DNA from: Thermithiobacillus tepidarius DSM 3134
GTDB taxonomy: Bacteria; Pseudomonadota; Gammaproteobacteria; Acidithiobacillales; Thermithiobacillaceae
DNA length: 32,000 nucleotides
Direction: 5' to 3' (one strand)
NCBI RefSeq assembly: GCF_048300925.1
Contig: NZ_CP133759.1
Part shown: piece after piece, positions 27,880-32,000 of the stretch
Position numbering within the stretch: the first letter of the stretch is position 1
Layout: each line of letters starts with the position of its first letter
Notes under the pieces: generated by a model
Databases searched by the model: none
Seen by the model: only the letters and a program-made list of their open reading frames with translations
Told to the model about the DNA's origin: nothing
Translations under genes and position numbers: made by a program

Positions 27880-30870
27880 TCAGGCGCCTTGCTTGGCCGC
27901 GCTGCGCCGCAGCCGGGACAGCAGGCGGCGGGCCATCTCTCCGAAGAGCTCCGTCTGCGTCGGGTGCGGATGGATGGCGTGGGCCACCTGCTCCAGGGTC
28001 AGGCCCGCCGACACCATCATGACCGCCTCGCCGATCAGGGTGTCCGCGTGGTCGGCCAGGAAGTGCACGCCGACGATGCGGTGGCTGCTCTTCTCGGCGA
28101 CGATCTTGATGAGGCCGTCGGTTTCGCCGGTCATCATGGCCTTGGCGTCGATGCTCATGGGCACCTTGACTTCGGCGCAGTCCAGGCCCCGGGCCTTGGC
28201 CTGCTCCACGGACAGGCCCACGAAGGCGGCTTCGGGCCGGGTGAAGATCACGCCGCAATCCTTGGCCTCGTCGTACTTGGCCGGGTGGCCGAGCAGGTTG
28301 GAGGCCGCCACGCGGCCCTGCTGGCCCGCCGTGTGCGCCAGCATGAGCCCGCCGATCACGTCGCCGACGGCGTAGATGTGCGGCACGTTGGTGCGGCCGC
28401 CGGCATCCACGGCGATGGCGCCGCGCTCGCCGAGCTGCACGCCGGCGGCGGCCAGATTCAGGCCATCGGTCTGCGGACGCTTGCCGGTGGCCATGAGGAC
28501 CAGATCGCAGTCGAGCCGCTGCTCGCGGCCTTCGCCGTCGGCAAAGCGCACGCGCATGGCGCCGGGCTGGCCGTCGATGGCCTGCACCTTGGCGCTGGTC
28601 AGGATCTGCATGCGCTCCTCGGCGGAGAGCAGCTTCGCCAGGGTGGTGGCGATCTCCGCTTCCACTTCGGCCAGGGGCCGGGCCTGGGCTTCCAGCACGG
28701 TGACCTCGGCGCCGAAGTCGCGGAAGATCTGCGCCATTTCCATGCCGATGGCGCCGGCACCGATCACGCACAGGCGGCGGGGCGGGGAGGCCAGGTTCCA
28801 GACCGTGTCGGAAGTGACGACGCCGCCGCTTTGCAGGCCCTCGGCCGCGCCGGGAATGGGCGGCACGAAGGTCGGGGCGCCGGTGGCGATGACGGCGGCG
28901 CCGAAGCTGATCTCGCCAGCGTCCTTGCCCTCGATGCGGACACCATGGGGGCCGGTGAAGCTGGCGAAGCCTTCGAGCACGGCGATCTTCATGCCCTTGT
29001 CGGTCTTCAGCGCCATTTCGCCGCGGGTCTGCAGGACCTGCTTGCGGTGGGCCTCCAGGCGCTCCCAATCGAGCTCGGGACGGTCGGTGTTCCCAATGCC
29101 CAGCAGAGCGTCATGATGGCGGTCGCGCATGCGGTCGGCGGCCGCGCGCCAAGCCTTGGACGGAATGCAGCCGCGCCACAGGCACTCGCCGCCGGGCAGG
29201 GGGGCATTGTTGATCATGGCCACCTTGATGCCGTGCTCGGCCAGTTCGCGGGCGCAGTCCTCGCCGCCCGGGCCGCCGCCGATCACCACCACCTGATAGT
29301 CGTAGTCGCCCGCCGGGATGGCCGGACCGGGACTGCCGAGCCAGGACTCCGGCTGCTCGATGACGCGCTTGAGATCCACCAGGAAGGCGGCCGCCTCGGC
29401 GCCATTGACCACCCGGTGGTCGGCGGTGATGGTGATGGGCATGCCGCTGGGTCCGGCGGCGGCGATGGCGATGATGGCCGCAGTGCCGGGGGTGACGATG
29501 GCGTCGAATTGGGCGACGCCGTACATGCCCATGTTGGAAACCGTGAAGGTGGGGTTGGCGTACTCCTCGGGAGCCAGGCGGCGCTTGCGCGCCCGTTCGA
29601 CGATGCCGTTCCATTCCTGGTGCAGCGTCTGGACGTCGCGGGCGCCGACATTGCGCAGCACCGGTACCACCAAGCCGCCGCCCTCGGCGGTCACGGCGAT
29701 GCCGATATCCTGGAAGTCGCGCTCGACGATCTTGTCCACCGGCTGATAGGCGGCGTTGACCAGGGGATGCAGCTTGAGCGCCTCGGCGGCGGCCTTGGCG
29801 ATGGCCACGGTCACGGACACGCCGTTGGCCTTGGCGGCGCGGATCAGCGCCTCGGGCTGCACGTTGACGGTCACATGGAAGGTCGGCATGGTGAGGCTCG
29901 CCGTCATGCTGCGGCTGACCGCCTTTTCGATGGCGCTCATGGGCCGGCCTTCGCCGGGCACCTGGATCTCGGGCAGCTCCCAGCCAGCGGGGGCGGCGGC
30001 TGCTTGGCCCGGCCGGGCTTGCAGCACGTCGTTGCCGACGATCAGGCCCTGAGGACCGCTGCCGTTCAGGCCGGCAAGGTTCACATTCAGGCCGCCGGCT
30101 AGCTTGCGCGCGTAGGGCGTGGCGAGCTTGCCCGCCGGGCGCGGAGCCGGCTTGCCGCCGGTCAGGATCGGGGCGGCCGCGGATGCCGGTTTGGATGGCG
30201 CGGCGGAGGACTGGGTTGTCGCCTGGGTTTCCGGCGCCTTGGCCGCGCCAGCCACTTTCACCGACTCGCTGACCACTTGCTCGGGATGATCCACCAGGTA
30301 GCCCATGGCTTCGCCGACGGGCACGACGCTGTCCACGGCGGCCAAGGGGCCGGACAGGTAGCCTTCGCGGAACACCTCCACGTCCATGATGGCCTTGTCG
30401 GTCTCCACGGTGGCGACCACGTCGCCGCGATTGATCTTGTCGCCCGGCTGCTTCTCCCAGGACACCACCACGCCTTCGGTCATGGTGTCGGACAGCTGCG
30501 GCATCTTGATAGTATAGCTCGCCTCCGCCGGCGCAGCGGCGGGCGCGGCAGTCGGGGCCGCGGTGTTGGGGGTGGGCTCGGCCATGGCCACGGCGCCGCC
30601 GGGAGCCACTTGGCCCACTTCCTCCGGCGTGGCCACCAGGTAGCCCATGGCTTCGCCGACGGGCACGACGCTGTCCACGGCGGCCAAGGGGCCGGACAGG
30701 TAGCCTTCGCGGAACACCTCCACGTCCATGATGGCCTTGTCGGTCTCCACGGTGGCGACCACGTCGCCGCGATTGATCTTGTCGCCCGGCTGCTTCTCCC
30801 AGGACACCACCACGCCTTCGGTCATGGTGTCGGACAGCTGCGGCATCTTGATGACATAAGCTTCGGCCAT
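27880..30870 (-). CDS. Fused dihydrolipoamide acyltransferase (E2) - dihydrolipoyl dehydrogenase (E3), with two N-terminal lipoyl domains and a PSBD
   Basis: One uninterrupted 996-aa ORF: two 'VVATVETDKAIMDVEV' lipoyl motifs; PSBD 'ATPYARKLA...GPQGLIVGNDV'; E2 'ADHRVVNGAEAAAFL'; E3 FAD site 'VVIGGGPGGEDCA', disulfide 'GGECLWRGCIPSK', NAD site 'VIGAGAIGMEMA', 'HPHPTQTE'. Confidence 0.9.
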   Translation of the reverse strand: MAEAYVIKMPQLSDTMTEGVVVSWEKQPGDKINRGDVVATVETDKAIMDVEVFREGYLSGPLAAVDSVVPVGEAMGYLVATPEEVGQVAPGGAVAMAEPTPNTAAPTAAPAAAPAEASYTIKMPQLSDTMTEGVVVSWEKQPGDKINRGDVVATVETDKAIMDVEVFREGYLSGPLAAVDSVVPVGEAMGYLVDHPEQVVSESVKVAGAAKAPETQATTQSSAAPSKPASAAAPILTGGKPAPRPAGKLATPYARKLAGGLNVNLAGLNGSGPQGLIVGNDVLQARPGQAAAAPAGWELPEIQVPGEGRPMSAIEKAVSRSMTASLTMPTFHVTVNVQPEALIRAAKANGVSVTVAIAKAAAEALKLHPLVNAAYQPVDKIVERDFQDIGIAVTAEGGGLVVPVLRNVGARDVQTLHQEWNGIVERARKRRLAPEEYANPTFTVSNMGMYGVAQFDAIVTPGTAAIIAIAAAGPSGMPITITADHRVVNGAEAAAFLVDLKRVIEQPESWLGSPGPAIPAGDYDYQVVVIGGGPGGEDCARELAEHGIKVAMINNAPLPGGECLWRGCIPSKAWRAAADRMRDRHHDALLGIGNTDRPELDWERLEAHRKQVLQTRGEMALKTDKGMKIAVLEGFASFTGPHGVRIEGKDAGEISFGAAVIATGAPTFVPPIPGAAEGLQSGGVVTSDTVWNLASPPRRLCVIGAGAIGMEMAQIFRDFGAEVTVLEAQARPLAEVEAEIATTLAKLLSAEERMQILTSAKVQAIDGQPGAMRVRFADGEGREQRLDCDLVLMATGKRPQTDGLNLAAAGVQLGERGAIAVDAGGRTNVPHIYAVGDVIGGLMLAHTAGQQGRVAASNLLGHPAKYDEAKDCGVIFTRPEAAFVGLSVEQAKARGLDCAEVKVPMSIDAKAMMTGETDGLIKIVAEKSSHRIVGVHFLADHADTLIGEAVMMVSAGLTLEQVAHAIHPHPTQTELFGEMARRLLSRLRRSAAKQGA
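30291..30510. repeat. Direct repeat copy A (encodes second lipoyl domain)
   Basis: Identical by eye to 30633-30852; offset 342 bp (114 codons, in frame). Confidence 0.9.
30633..30852. repeat. Direct repeat copy B (encodes first lipoyl domain)
   Basis: Partner of 30291-30510. Confidence 0.9.
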
Positions 30871-30957
30871 GCTACACCTTTTTAGTGAGCTGTCAGCGGA
30901 CCGCCAACCTGTGCGGAAAGACGGGGCCCGCTGTCTGCAAGACTTGGAAAACTGGAT

Positions 30958-30978
30958 TCACGCTGCCTGGCAGCGTGA
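30958..30978. promoter_or_regulatory. Perfect palindrome in the pdhB - E2/E3 spacer
   Basis: TCACGCTGCC-T-GGCAGCGTGA, 10-bp arms around one centre base, no U tract. Confidence 0.5.
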
Positions 30979-31023
30979 GCGGGGGCAGCGGGATCAAGCC
31001 GCGGCGCCGCCCGCGATGACTAC

Positions 31024-31995
31024 TTACTTGCCGAGCATCCGCAGCACCGCATGCACCACTTGCGAGGCATTGGGAATGGCGGCTTTTTCCAGCTTGTGAT
31101 TGTAGGGAATGGGCACGTCGGCGGCGTGGATGCGCACCGGGGCGGCGTCCAGCTCGAAGAAGGCCTCTTCGTTGATAATAGCGATCACTTCGGAGCCCAC
31201 GCCGCACGGTGCCTCGTCTTCCTCCACCACGATGGCGCGGTGGGTCTTGGCCACGCTGGTCTTGATGGCGGCGCGGTCCAGCGGCTTCAGGGCGCGCAGA
31301 TCGACCACTTCGCAGTCGATGTTGTGATGCTTGGCCAGGAACTCGGCGGCTTCCAGCGCCCAGTGCACGCTGATGTTGTAGCCGAACAGGGAGACGTCCT
31401 TGCCGGGACGGATCACCTCGGCGCCTTCCAGGGGCGTGAAGTATTCCTCGTCCGGCACCTCGCCTTTCATGTTGTACATGAGTTCGTGTTCGATGATCAC
31501 CACCGGGTCGTCGCAACGTACGGCGCTCTTCAGCAGGCCGTAGGCGTCGCGGGGATCGCGGGGAGTGACCACGCGCAGGCCGGAAACGCCCATGAACACT
31601 TTCTCCATGCGCGCCGAGTGCTGGGCACCGAGCTGGTGGGCGGTGCCGCCGGGCATGCGGACCACCACCGGGGCCTTGATGCGGCCGCCGGACATGTAGT
31701 GGACCTTGGCGGCCACGTTGATGATCTGATCCATGGCCAGCCAGGCGAAATTGACGCTCATGATTTCGATGATGGGACGGCAGCCGATCATGCTGGCGCC
31801 AATGCCGATGCCGGTGTAGGAGTTTTCGGAGATGGGCGTGTCGATGATCCGCTCGGGACCGTATTTGGCGTAGAGGCCCTGGGTGGCCTTGTAGGTGCCG
31901 CCGGCCACGCCGATGTCCTCGCCCATGGCGAAGACCAGGGGGTCGCGGGCCAGCTCTTCATCGTGGGCCCGCTGAATGGCCTGCCAGTACATCAT
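31024..31995 (-). CDS. pdhB: Pyruvate/2-oxoacid dehydrogenase E1 component beta subunit
   Basis: 'MYWQAIQRAHDEELARDPLVFAMGEDIGVAGGTYKATQGLYAKYGPERIIDTPISENSYTGIGIGASMIGCRPIIEIM'; upstream of the E2-E3 gene on the same strand. Confidence 0.92.
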   Translation of the reverse strand: MMYWQAIQRAHDEELARDPLVFAMGEDIGVAGGTYKATQGLYAKYGPERIIDTPISENSYTGIGIGASMIGCRPIIEIMSVNFAWLAMDQIINVAAKVHYMSGGRIKAPVVVRMPGGTAHQLGAQHSARMEKVFMGVSGLRVVTPRDPRDAYGLLKSAVRCDDPVVIIEHELMYNMKGEVPDEEYFTPLEGAEVIRPGKDVSLFGYNISVHWALEAAEFLAKHHNIDCEVVDLRALKPLDRAAIKTSVAKTHRAIVVEEDEAPCGVGSEVIAIINEEAFFELDAAPVRIHAADVPIPYNHKLEKAAIPNASQVVHAVLRMLGK

Positions 31996-32000
31996 CTCGC

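Noticed and set aside
27889-30102. 737-aa plus-strand ORF antisense to the E2-E3 fusion gene
   Set aside because: His/Gly/Ala-rich translation typical of the antisense frame of a GC-rich gene; no recognisable domains, while the minus strand encodes a clear enzyme.
30277-30885. 202-aa plus-strand ORF with internal repeats, looking like a repeat protein
   Set aside because: The repetition is the antisense image of the duplicated lipoyl domains.
1-32000. Defence, toxin-antitoxin, prophage or secondary-metabolite system
   Set aside because: Scanned both strands for nucleases, transposases, integrases, paired small toxic ORFs and NRPS/PKS motifs; apart from the PIN domain in PhoH (a housekeeping architecture), nothing supports such a system.

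Overview
This is a GC-rich, densely coded bacterial chromosomal window. Gene content suggests a chemolithoautotrophic proteobacterium (CbbQ/CbbO RuBisCO activase genes, a SoxXA-binding-like protein); the taxonomic placement is inference only. Supported content: a truncated lipoate-protein ligase-like gene, a pseudo-receiver protein, cbbQ and cbbO separated by a ~0.5 kb repeat-rich spacer, an HDAC-family deacetylase, an aldo/keto reductase-like protein, a TM2-like protein, a LysR regulator with a degenerate class-I glutamine amidotransferase-like gene, PIN-PhoH, a Bcp-type peroxiredoxin, dapA, bamC, an MBL hydrolase, purB, purC, paiB-like, purL, a cold-shock gene with a clear terminator, a zincin-like metallopeptidase, rppH, psiE, and a pyruvate-dehydrogenase-type operon. 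The best candidates for a second look are: (1) a single 996-aa ORF fusing two lipoyl domains, an E2 core and a full E3, with a 220-bp nucleotide-identical lipoyl-domain duplication; (2) a GATase-like protein with the catalytic Cys and His both replaced; (3) an aldo/keto reductase-like protein with DQPE where HNPE is expected, in a tight cbbO-HDAC-AKR cluster; (4) inverted REP-like pairs plus a shared upstream module, one copy sitting between cbbQ and cbbO; (5) three small single-TM ORFs absent from the ORF track. I found no CRISPR array, transposase, rRNA, tRNA or defence system.
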